Of a stretch of DNA of 32,000 nt, positions 23,911-31,246 are shown in pieces. A program made the position numbers and the translations under genes. Where the stretch lies: assembly GCA_942493095.1 (NCBI GenBank), contig OW818675.1, positions 30,001 through 62,000 of the forward strand. Direction: 5' to 3'. This stretch comes from Candidatus Electronema halotolerans. Lineage in GTDB: Bacteria > Desulfobacterota > Desulfobulbia > Desulfobulbales > Desulfobulbaceae. The notes beneath the pieces are model-generated. The model was given only the letters and a program-made list of their open reading frames with translations. It did no database searches and was not told the DNA's origin. Within the stretch, counting starts at the first letter, position 1. Every line of letters starts with the position of its first letter.

Positions 23911-25085
23911 ATGAGCACGATCAGTCATCTGGCAGAGGAAATCTCGTCCGGCCTGCGGGACGTTTTGCCCGGAATTAACAGGAATCCTCTGCGCAAGTTA
24001 AGCTTGTGCGCGGCGGCGGTTTTGGAAGTTCAGAGTTGCAATACTATGGACATGGCGGCTGTCCTTCCGCTGGAAACAGAACGGATTGACATGCGATATC
24101 AGTGGTTAAGCCGTTTCCTGAGCACAGACTCAATCGACAATGATGATGCGATGCGGCCTTTCATCCGTCAGGCATTGGAGACGGCCTCCGCTTCGGGAGA
24201 AACGCTGATTCTGTGCATTGACCAGACGCAGCTATCCGACCGTTTCGGCATTCTTTCGCTGTCATTGCGCTTCGGCGGTCGGGCCCTGCCTCTGCTATGG
24301 CGGGTCCGAAAAGGACAGGGCAATATCGGCTCGGATATCTGCATGGAACTTCTTGAAAAAATAAAATCATTCCTTCCAGAGGGCAGCAGAGTGCTGCTGC
24401 TCGGCGACCGTTTTTACGGTCAAGCGCCGCTGATTGCATTCTGCCACCGCAGCGGCTGGGATTATCGGCTCCGCCTCAAGGAAAATCTTAAAGTTTTCAA
24501 TGAGGCCGGCGATGAGACATCTCTTGCGGACCTTGTTCCTGCTGAAAAGAAAGGTCGCAAGGAACTGTTTATGAAAAATATTTATCTGACAGAACAGCGG
24601 GTTCAGACAAATTTAAGCATTCTCCAGGAGCCGGGACATGATGAGCCTTGGCTGCTGGCAGTCGGAGGAACTGAGCCAAATTATTATAAAACACTTGATT
24701 ACGGCATGCGCTGGGGATGCGAGGCCATGTTCAGCGATTTCAAAACCAGGGGGTTCGGTTTGGAGGACACAAAACTGGAGCGCGCCGACAGAATCGCCAG
24801 ACTGATGCTGATCCTCTCGGTCGCCATGCACTGGTGCGTACTCGCCGGACTCCGCGACAGGATGCGGAACCCGCTTCCAAGAGAAAAAAAACTGAAAATT
24901 TCGGATTTGACGACGTTGCCGACAAGGATGCGGAACAGCATGAGCTGCCGCCAGTCGTCAGAAAAACTTGGAGAAGTGTCTGTTCTTATTTCAAAAGAGG
25001 ACTCAGGCTGCTCAGAAGATACGCTCAGATGCTCCGTCCCCTGCCTCCCTTGTTTTTTACATTGCGAAAAAGTGATGGATGGTAA
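23911..25085 (+). pseudogene. IS4-type DDE transposase. It needs a -1 frameshift at an A8 run (24884-24891) to give a ~391-aa product, so it is either frameshifted/inactive or expressed by slippage.
   Basis: Frame 1 carries the DDE residues (CIDQT, LLGDRFYG, DYGMRWGCEAMFSDFK). The -1 frame after the A8 run encodes a transposase-like tail (SVCSYFKRGLRLLRRYAQ...) and stops inside IRR at 25085. Without the shift, frame 1 reads on as antisense of hpt to 25638. Confidence 0.75.
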
Positions 25086-25086
25086 G
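25068..25086. repeat. IS right terminal inverted repeat
   Basis: AAAAGTGATGGATGGTAAG is the exact reverse complement of IRL. Confidence 0.85.
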
Positions 25087-25096
25087 CCTCTCCTTC
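25087..25096. repeat. Right copy of the 10-bp target-site duplication (CCTCTCCTTC)
   Basis: Identical to 23813-23822. Confidence 0.8.
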
Positions 25097-25137
25097 TCGA
25101 AGATCGATCCTTTCAGGTTTGTAACGTATCTGTCTTT

Positions 25138-25659
25138 CTACAGCTCCAGCTCACAGACTTCAGGAAGGTGTCTGTACTGCTGGGCATAGTCCAGTCCGTA
25201 GCCGACCAGGAAGCCCTTGTCGATCTGAAAGCCGACATATTCCAGCTCCACCTCTGTTTTCCGCCGTTCCCGCTTGTCGATCAAGGTGCAGATGCTGACC
25301 GAGGCAGTCTGATGCCGGGCGGCAAAATACTGGCGCAGCCAAGCTGTGGTGATGCCGCTGTCAACAATGTCCTCGACCAGCAAAATGTGCTTGCCTGCCA
25401 GCTCCAGTTCCGGCCCTTTGCGCAGGGTGACCATGCCGCTGCTTTCCGCCTTATTGCCATAGCTGGCCACGCGGATGAAATCTATTTCCACCTCCAGCTC
25501 CACAGTCCGGGCCAGATCAGCCAGAAAAACAAACGCGCCATTGAGGATGCCGACCAGCACCAGCTTTTTTCCCTGATAGTCCGCGCTGATCTGGCGGCCA
25601 AGCTCCATGACCCGGTCCGCAATTTCAGCACGGCTTAGAATAGTTGCCGCAATGCGCAT
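25138..25659 (-). CDS. hpt: Hypoxanthine(-guanine) phosphoribosyltransferase
   Basis: ILLVEDIVDSGITTAWL (PRPP-binding motif), VLVGILNGAFVFLADLAR, and GFLVGYGLDYAQQYRHLP. The ATG at 25659 follows AGGAGG. Confidence 0.92.
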   Translation of the reverse strand: MRIAATILSRAEIADRVMELGRQISADYQGKKLVLVGILNGAFVFLADLARTVELEVEIDFIRVASYGNKAESSGMVTLRKGPELELAGKHILLVEDIVDSGITTAWLRQYFAARHQTASVSICTLIDKRERRKTEVELEYVGFQIDKGFLVGYGLDYAQQYRHLPEVCELEL

Positions 25660-25700
25660 CTTCGCCTCCTTTGCAAAAGTAACGTGAGAAAGATGCCTGC

Positions 25701-25729
25701 ATCCTAAACCGGGTGCTGCGGAATGCCAA
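25701..25729 (-). promoter_or_regulatory. Possible hpt promoter
   Basis: The minus strand reads TTGGCA, a 17-nt spacer, then TAGGAT. Confidence 0.3.
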
Positions 25730-25815
25730 GCGGAAAAATGTTGACAGCAGCCAGCGGAGCAGGTAAACGATGGATTCGGATCAACCATGAATCATTCTCC
25801 CAGCCGTTTTCAGCC

Positions 25816-26148
25816 ATGCGTCAATATCTTCTCGATGAGCTTTCTTTTCTTGAACACGACAACGTGGAGCATTATCTCAGGCGCAGCCTCAAGCGTGGCC
25901 CCATTGAAGGGGTCTATTGGCTGGAGCTGCCGCAGGAACTGCTCGCCCCGCCCCAGCTCGCCCACCCGGACTGCAGCCCGTTTTATTTTTCCGTGATTTT
26001 GGAGCCAAGCGAACTGCGGGCCGAATTTCTCGTGCGCAGCTCGCACAACATGCGCTGCTCCTGCATTGCTTGGGCCACTGCCGCCCAGCGGCAATTTGTG
26101 CTGGACTACATTGACAAACTGCTGCAAGAGGAGTTTATTGCAGTATGA
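25816..26148 (+). CDS. Hypothetical protein (~110 aa)
   Basis: ORF with host-like codon usage. The start is uncertain because there is no clear SD; in-frame alternatives are at 25723 and 25738. I recognise no domain. Confidence 0.4.
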   Translation: MRQYLLDELSFLEHDNVEHYLRRSLKRGPIEGVYWLELPQELLAPPQLAHPDCSPFYFSVILEPSELRAEFLVRSSHNMRCSCIAWATAAQRQFVLDYIDKLLQEEFIAV

Positions 26149-26191
26149 GGAGAAGAAAATTTCTTGCAACATATTTTCACAGGAGCTTGTG

Positions 26192-26821
26192 ATGAAAAAA
26201 TCTCTATTAATGCCTGCGGGCTGCACCGCCTTGTTTTTGCTGTCCTCTGCTGCGGCTTGGGCTGCGCCGGGACCGTATTTGAGCATGAACGGCGGCGTGG
26301 CAATCTTGGATGACGGCGACGCGAAAGGGCCAAAAGGAACCGTGGAAATGGAGTCTGATCCCGGCTTGGCCTTGGCTGGTGCGGCTGGCTATGACTTTGG
26401 CAACAATCTCAGACTGGAAGCTGAAGTCGGCTATCAGAAGAACGATATTGACAAAGTAGGCCTCCGGGGCGGGACGCGGGGCACCGCCTCTTCTGGCGAC
26501 ACCTCCAGTGTTTCCGGCCTGCTCAACGGCTACTATGATTTTGTTAATCAGAGCAGACTGACCCCTTTTGTCAGCGCAGGAGTTGGCGTGATGAAAGTGT
26601 CCCTCAGCGACCTCAACCTGCCCGGCACTGGTTTTGATGAGGGCTTGGATGGCACGGCGGTCGCCTGGCAGGCTGGCGGCGGGGTCAGTTATGCAGTCAA
26701 CTACGGTGTGGCTGTTGATCTCAAATACCGCTACATGAATGCTGTGGATTTGGAAGTGGATGGCGCGGAGCTTGATTACTCTGGCCACAATGTCTATGGC
26801 GGCATCAGGGCCTCCTTCTGA
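26192..26821 (+). CDS. Outer-membrane beta-barrel protein (OmpA-N/OMP_b-brl-like porin family)
   Basis: The ATG follows AGGAG. The signal peptide is MKKSLLMPAGCTALFLLSSAAAWA. Alternating beta-strand pattern (LRLEAEVGYQKN, WQAGGGVSYAV, AVDLKYRY) and a terminal GGIRASF. Confidence 0.75.
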   Translation: MKKSLLMPAGCTALFLLSSAAAWAAPGPYLSMNGGVAILDDGDAKGPKGTVEMESDPGLALAGAAGYDFGNNLRLEAEVGYQKNDIDKVGLRGGTRGTASSGDTSSVSGLLNGYYDFVNQSRLTPFVSAGVGVMKVSLSDLNLPGTGFDEGLDGTAVAWQAGGGVSYAVNYGVAVDLKYRYMNAVDLEVDGAELDYSGHNVYGGIRASF

Positions 26822-26907
26822 TCCGCCCTGCTGACACCCCGTCTGCCGGTCGGGCGGGGTGAACATCTGCGCCTGACAAAACGAGCTGAAAAAATAAGAA
26901 AAAGTCC

Positions 26908-26936
26908 TTGAGTATAGCTCCAGCTTCCTATACAAT
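26908..26936 (+). promoter_or_regulatory. Putative promoter of the Tyr/Asp/Ser-rich lipoprotein gene
   Basis: TTGAGT, a 17-nt spacer, then TACAAT. Confidence 0.4.
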
Positions 26937-26983
26937 AAGGCCGCAACTGTTATTGGGCTTTTCTTTCACGCGGAGGGAACATC

Positions 26984-27640
26984 ATGACCAAGCTGCCTGC
27001 TGTTGCCGTTTTTTTTGCTGCCGCTGCCGTTCTGAGCGGCTGCCAGCCCCAGAACTATTACACTAATTGCCCTGTAGAGCCGTCTTGGACAAGAGGAGAT
27101 TATTATTCCACTTCCAGCGGCTGGGCAGAGACCTATCCTGACGATGTCTATGTGGATGACAGCGTTTATGTTGATTCATCCGCAGATGATGTTTATGTCG
27201 ATGACAACACCTATGTTGACAATGGGCATTACGTTGATGACAGCAGCGTCATTGTTGATGACGGATATGTTGACGATGGCTACAGCTATCAGGATTCGAC
27301 CTATTACGACGATCCGGGGGTGGAGGAGTATTATCCGTCCAGCAGCTCGTATTATCCATCGTCCTCTTCATCCTATTATTTTCCCTCATCAAGCTACAAC
27401 GATCCGGGAGTGGAGGAATATTATCCCTCCGACAGCTCGTATTATGCACCGTCCTCTTCATACGTTCCCTCGTCAAACAGCAGCATGTACTATTCGCCTT
27501 GGTCCCGGCCTTCTGTGTCCTATCCTTCTCCCACGTGGAAGAACAGATTTATAGGGCAGCAGCCGTCAATGTATTTTTATCCATCAGGCAACTCGAACAG
27601 CATGCCGAACTGGCAGCAGGCGTATCCGTATTACTACTGA
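26984..27640 (+). CDS. Lipoprotein, Tyr/Asp/Ser-rich low-complexity repeat protein (218 aa)
   Basis: The signal peptide carries lipobox AVLSGC. The mature part is dominated by xYVDD repeats and two DPGVEEYYPS...SSSY repeats. It ends QQAYPYYY. Confidence 0.7.
   Translation: MTKLPAVAVFFAAAAVLSGCQPQNYYTNCPVEPSWTRGDYYSTSSGWAETYPDDVYVDDSVYVDSSADDVYVDDNTYVDNGHYVDDSSVIVDDGYVDDGYSYQDSTYYDDPGVEEYYPSSSSYYPSSSSSYYFPSSSYNDPGVEEYYPSDSSYYAPSSSYVPSSNSSMYYSPWSRPSVSYPSPTWKNRFIGQQPSMYFYPSGNSNSMPNWQQAYPYYY
27311..27463 (+). repeat. Two imperfect ~63-bp direct repeats with 90-bp period inside the lipoprotein gene
   Basis: The repeats are gatccgggggtggaggagtattatccgtccagcagctcgtattatcc... and gatccgggagtggaggaatattatccctccgacagctcgtattatgc... 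Confidence 0.8.
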
Positions 27641-27662
27641 CAGGGAAGCAGGGGATTTTTTC

Positions 27663-27691
27663 TTGAGTCCTGCCCGGCGGCTGGCTATAAT
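27663..27691 (+). promoter_or_regulatory. Putative strong promoter of the small Pro-rich lipoprotein gene
   Basis: TTGAGT, a 17-nt spacer, then TATAAT (consensus -10). Confidence 0.5.
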
Positions 27692-27739
27692 GAGTCCTAT
27701 TGTCCCTTCACTTCAACCCCCTTTTCAGGAGGTCATGCT

Positions 27740-27895
27740 ATGAAGACAGGAAAAATGCTGCTGAAACTGACTGCCCTGCTCGGCCTGTTGGGCTTGAGCG
27801 GCTGTTACTATTACGGCCCGCCTCCTCCTCCGGTTCACGGACCAGCAGTTATTGTTCCGGCTCCGCCGCCACCACCGCCAATCATTATGCCCTGA
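27740..27895 (+). CDS. Small lipoprotein, 51 aa, mature peptide CYYYGPPPPPVHGPAVIVPAPPPPPPIIMP (not in the supplied ORF track)
   Basis: AGGAGG lies 7 nt upstream of the ATG. The signal peptide is MKTGKMLLKLTALLGLLGLSGC with a lipobox. A terminator hairpin lies downstream. Confidence 0.6.
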   Translation: MKTGKMLLKLTALLGLLGLSGCYYYGPPPPPVHGPAVIVPAPPPPPPIIMP

Positions 27896-27964
27896 TGATT
27901 TGCCGTCAAAAGAACGCCGCAGAATTGCCTGCTCCTTTCTCAAACCGGCGGAAACCTCGTGAAG

Positions 27965-28000
27965 GCTGTGCCCAGACTGCGGCACAGCACTTTGTTTTTT
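27965..28000 (+). terminator. Rho-independent terminator after the small Pro-rich lipoprotein gene
   Basis: GCTGTGCC-cagactgc-GGCACAGC followed by actttgTTTTTT. Confidence 0.6.
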
Positions 28001-28028
28001 CATTTTAATTTTATTATATGAGGACAAG

Positions 28029-28169
28029 ATGATGCGCGCAATCAAACTGTCAGTCGCCCTGCTGCTTGCAGCCTGCCTGCTCTCCGGCTGTTATATGTAT
28101 CACCCGGACAGAGATCGTCATTCAGACGGTCGGCAGCAGCAGCAGCAGAGCCAAAAAGGCGCATATTAG
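28029..28169 (+). CDS. Small lipoprotein, 46 aa, mature peptide CYMYHPDRDRHSDGRQQQQQSQKGAY (not in the supplied ORF track)
   Basis: GAGGA lies upstream of tandem ATGs at 28029 and 28032. The signal peptide is MMRAIKLSVALLLAACLLSGC with a lipobox. Confidence 0.5.
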   Translation: MMRAIKLSVALLLAACLLSGCYMYHPDRDRHSDGRQQQQQSQKGAY

Positions 28170-28178
28170 CGAGTGAAA

Positions 28179-28212
28179 GCAATTCAGGGTTCTCTTGGGA
28201 ATCCTGAATTGC
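28179..28212 (+). other. Strong 14-bp stem-loop without a U tract, directly after the second small lipoprotein gene
   Basis: GCAATTCAGGGTTC-tcttgg-GAATCCTGAATTGC, with one G-U pair. Confidence 0.6.
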
Positions 28213-28422
28213 AGCGCGCCGCCTGCTGTTCGCCTGCATTCTGCCGCAGCGAATTTATCTGCTTGACAGAGTAATCATTCCGAGATATTTTTTCCTTCCT
28301 TTCCAGCAGCAGGATTGCTGCTGCTCTTCACTCCGCTCCTGTTTGCCAAACTGATACCTGCCGAATTTTTCCATTCGGTATTTTTTGCATCTTTCAATCT
28401 GTTGACGTCACAAGGAGACATC

Positions 28423-29217
28423 ATGAAACAAGGAATGCTCAGGAAAACTCTTGTCAGCGCAGTCAGCCTGCTGGCACTGCTGGCCACGGCGCCGGCTTTT
28501 GCCACGGACCTGAATGCCGATCAAGCGATTGCCAAGCTCAAGGAAGGCAATGCGCGTTTTGTCAGCGGCAAGTCCATGCGTCCGCATACCGACACAGCCC
28601 GGCTGACTCAGGCTGGCCAAGAGGATCAGGGCAAGCACGCTTATGCCACAGTCATCACCTGCTCTGATTCCAGAGTCCCGGTTGAGGAAATTTTTGATGC
28701 CGGCATCATGGATATTTTTGTTATCCGGGTGGCAGGCAACGTGGTTGACACGGACGAGGCAGGCTCGATTGAGTATGGTCTGGCCCATGTCAACACCCCG
28801 GTTCTGGTGGTGCTTGGCCACACCCAATGCGGCGCGGTCACTGCTGTGACGAACGCCATTCAAGGACATGGCCATGCGCTGGAAATCAACATTCCGCCGC
28901 TGGTTGACAACATCGAGCCTGCGGTCAAACGGGCCATTGAAGAGCATCCTGAACTGAAAGGCAAGGATGTGATTCCTGCCGCCATTGTTGAGAATGTCTG
29001 GCAGGGTGTGCATGACCTGTTCATGAGAAGTCCTGTTTCCCGCGAGATGGTCAAGAACGGCAAGGCCAAAGTTATTGGCGCAATCTACGATGTGAGCACT
29101 GGCAAGGTTGATTGGCTGCCTGAGGACAAAGTCAGCAAAATTCTTGACGAGGCGGAGAAAGACCCCAAGCGGGAGATGAAAAAATTAGCTGGCGGTGAGG
29201 AGAAAGCCGGTCACTGA
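28423..29217 (+). CDS. Beta-class carbonic anhydrase with N-terminal export signal
   Basis: CSDSRVPVEEIFD, FVIRVAGNVV and VLGHTQCGAV are the beta-CA zinc-ligand motifs (C, D-x-R, H-x-x-C). The signal peptide is MKQGMLRKTLVSAVSLLALLATAPAFA. The ATG follows AAGGAGA. Confidence 0.88.
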   Translation: MKQGMLRKTLVSAVSLLALLATAPAFATDLNADQAIAKLKEGNARFVSGKSMRPHTDTARLTQAGQEDQGKHAYATVITCSDSRVPVEEIFDAGIMDIFVIRVAGNVVDTDEAGSIEYGLAHVNTPVLVVLGHTQCGAVTAVTNAIQGHGHALEINIPPLVDNIEPAVKRAIEEHPELKGKDVIPAAIVENVWQGVHDLFMRSPVSREMVKNGKAKVIGAIYDVSTGKVDWLPEDKVSKILDEAEKDPKREMKKLAGGEEKAGH

Positions 29218-29250
29218 AGTTTTTTTTTCATCCAGCGTCATGAAACGGAA

Positions 29251-29280
29251 AGGCCGGATTTTTTCATCCGGCCTTTTTCT
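29251..29280 (+). terminator. Rho-independent terminator after the carbonic anhydrase gene
   Basis: AGGCCGGAT-tttttc-ATCCGGCCT followed by TTTTCTTTTC. Confidence 0.75.
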
Positions 29281-29420
29281 TTTCTCATTTTTTTTGGGAT
29301 ACTGGCAAAAAGGCAGGCAATAGGTTACTATTCGGCGCATAGCTGTCCCCACCCTGTGAGACCTTTCTTGGCTGAACGCAGGCGGCGGGCGGAAACACTT
29401 CAATTCAGCATGACGCAGCA

Positions 29421-29984
29421 ATGGCAAGTCCTGATCATACCCCGGAAATGGAACAGCTGGACCGGCTGACCGTGATCCTGTACCGCAGCGGTTTATCTGT
29501 TTTTGCTCTCAGCACAGCCTTGGAGGCGGCGGAGCTGCTCTCCGGCCAGTCCCTGCTCGGCAGATGGCATCTGTCCTTGGTCGCGGCCAGCGCAGGGCTT
29601 GCCAGCGCCAACATTCATCTCTACGATCCCCGCTTCCGCTGGCTTTTTCCCCTGATGAGCTGGCTCGGCTTCATCGTGCTGGCCTTCACCCTGCCGGTGC
29701 GCTCACCGGAGCTGGCAGCGTGGCTGTCTGGCCTCAGTCTGGCCTTTTTTTACGCAGGCGCGGCCATGTTCGCGCTCAAAGAATATTTCTGCTTCCGCAT
29801 CCCCGGCCTGCCTTTCATGCCAATATTTTTAGGCGGAGCCGTGCTGCTGCGCTGGTCCGGCTTTCCTGTCGGCGAAGGCCTTCTGCTGGCCATTGCCGCC
29901 CTGCTGTATTTGTGGATGGTCTGGGCAAAATGGAGGATGCCCCTTCATTTTGATATTGGCGACAAGAGCATGTATAAAATATAA
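29421..29984 (+). CDS. Integral membrane protein (possibly DUF2301 family)
   Basis: 187 aa with about 5 hydrophobic helices. The motifs YRSGL and KEYFCFRIPG are as I recall for DUF2301. The family assignment is from memory. Confidence 0.5.
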   Translation: MASPDHTPEMEQLDRLTVILYRSGLSVFALSTALEAAELLSGQSLLGRWHLSLVAASAGLASANIHLYDPRFRWLFPLMSWLGFIVLAFTLPVRSPELAAWLSGLSLAFFYAGAAMFALKEYFCFRIPGLPFMPIFLGGAVLLRWSGFPVGEGLLLAIAALLYLWMVWAKWRMPLHFDIGDKSMYKI

Positions 29985-30031
29985 TGTGCAACAGCCTGTT
30001 CAGGCAAACTATCTCACCAAGGAGGAATGTT

Positions 30032-30493
30032 GTGAAAAGCAGGACATTATTGGCAGCGTTTGTGGTTCTGGCCGGATTGCTGCTGGCAGGCGGCATCAGC
30101 ACTGCCGCCGCCGTGACCACAAATGTCTGGTACACGACCCCGGCTGACTGCGAGCGGGTGCAGGAGACCGCAAAAAAAGAGGATAAGGCCTTCATTCTCT
30201 TTTTTTACGTTGACTGGTGCGGCTACTGCAAACGGCTGAAAAAAGATTTTCTTGCAAAACCTGAAGTCGAGCGGGTGCTGGCCAAATATTACCGAGTCAA
30301 GATCAACCCTGAGAAAGGGGCGGAGGAGAAGGCCTTGGCAAATAAGTACGGCGTGCATGGCTTCCCCAATTTCTTGGTTGTCCGGCCTGACGGCAGCAAG
30401 GTCAGAATTCATCCCTTTAAACAAGGCGGCAAAGTTTGGACAGTGGAGGAATTCATCTCCAACTTGGAAGCGGCAATGACGGCCAAGGGATGA
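30032..30493 (+). CDS. Exported thioredoxin-fold protein (WCGYC active site)
   Basis: FFYVDWCGYCKRL is a CXXC thioredoxin motif, followed by GFPNFLVV. The signal-like N-terminus is VKSRTLLAAFVVLAGLLLAGG. The GTG at 30032 follows AAGGAGG. An alternative ATG at 29984 overlaps the upstream stop (TAATG). Confidence 0.75.
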   Translation: MKSRTLLAAFVVLAGLLLAGGISTAAAVTTNVWYTTPADCERVQETAKKEDKAFILFFYVDWCGYCKRLKKDFLAKPEVERVLAKYYRVKINPEKGAEEKALANKYGVHGFPNFLVVRPDGSKVRIHPFKQGGKVWTVEEFISNLEAAMTAKG

Positions 30494-30597
30494 GCAGCAG
30501 CAGCCCTGTTCTGTGCAGCGGGGCTGGCAGCAAACTGGCAGAAACAAAGCATCTGTCAGGCATTCCGTGCAGATGCCTGCTGTGAAATCGACTGACC

Positions 30598-31230
30598 ATG
30601 AATCAAAAAATAGGCAAGAAACTGCAAGAATGGCTTGTTGATGAAGCCGAGGACGCACCTGCTGAAACTGTTTTAGAGACATTGCACAGAAAACTGTGCA
30701 AAAGGATAAAATTCTGTTTTAATACAGAAAAAAGGATAGAAGAAAAAATAAAAAACTGGCTTACTGTTGAGGAACAGGAAAACTCTGCTGATTTTATTTG
30801 TATAATTGAAGAATCTTTTTTTAAAACAAGAAAAATTATAGCTGCGACAAGTCATCGTATTGTTTTGTTTGAATACAGCCTTTCAGGCACCCTGAAAGAT
30901 AAAAGTGATAAAATATGGCGGCAGCTTGTATCTGTGCATTTGCAGGAAAAAATTCCTTATTCCTCGTTGGAGCTTTGCTTCTTTCAGTTTCATGATTCAA
31001 TTTTTTATCACAATCCAAATCAGTTCAGCGACAAGCCCAAGATGAAGCACTGGAGGCTTGACGAGCTGAACAAGAAAAAAGCTCGAATTTTTTATGCTTT
31101 TTTGAAAAATAAAGAAATTGCCATGAAGGAAGCGAGGCGGCAGGAGCATCTCGACAATAAAATTGTCGGCGGCATGGGAGGCATGGCGCGGCCCGGAGGA
31201 GGAGGCCCGCCTCCGGGAGGCGGAAAGTAA
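30598..31230 (+). CDS. Hypothetical protein, AT-rich gene, Gly/Pro-rich C-terminal tail
   Basis: 210-aa ORF. The middle region (IIAATSHRIVLFEYSLSGTLKDKSDKIWRQLVSVHLQEK) resembles bacterial PH-like domains only vaguely. The tail is GGMGGMARPGGGGPPPGGGK. No clear SD is present. Confidence 0.45.
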   Translation: MNQKIGKKLQEWLVDEAEDAPAETVLETLHRKLCKRIKFCFNTEKRIEEKIKNWLTVEEQENSADFICIIEESFFKTRKIIAATSHRIVLFEYSLSGTLKDKSDKIWRQLVSVHLQEKIPYSSLELCFFQFHDSIFYHNPNQFSDKPKMKHWRLDELNKKKARIFYAFLKNKEIAMKEARRQEHLDNKIVGGMGGMARPGGGGPPPGGGK

Positions 31231-31246
31231 GCCTCCGGCATTTTTC

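Larger units (their letters stand above)
23823..25086 (+). mobile_element. IS4-superfamily insertion sequence, 1264 bp, bounded by perfect 19-bp inverted repeats and a 10-bp TSD
   Basis: IRL CTTACCATCCATCACTTTT is at 23823-23841 and its exact reverse complement at 25068-25086. Between them is a single DDE transposase gene with the IS4 Y(2)R(3)E(6)K signature. Confidence 0.88.

Noticed and set aside
23911-25638. 575-aa ORF in the supplied track, which could be read as one large transposase-fusion protein
   Set aside because: Only the first ~327 codons look like a transposase. The IS right inverted repeat ends at 25086, and everything after 25138 is the antisense strand of a well-supported hpt gene. 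The open frame there is best explained by GC-rich antisense composition.
26207-26935. 242-aa minus-strand ORF across the OMP gene, with similar antisense ORFs at 28408-29013 and 30047-30682
   Set aside because: Each lies opposite a plus-strand gene with a signal peptide and clear family motifs (OMP beta-barrel, beta carbonic anhydrase, thioredoxin fold).
30549-30579. Two mutually exclusive 7-bp hairpins (GCATCTG/CAGATGC and CAGGCAT/ATGCCTG) upstream of the AT-rich gene, suggestive of an attenuator
   Set aside because: The stems are short, there is no U tract or leader peptide, and such pairs easily arise by chance.
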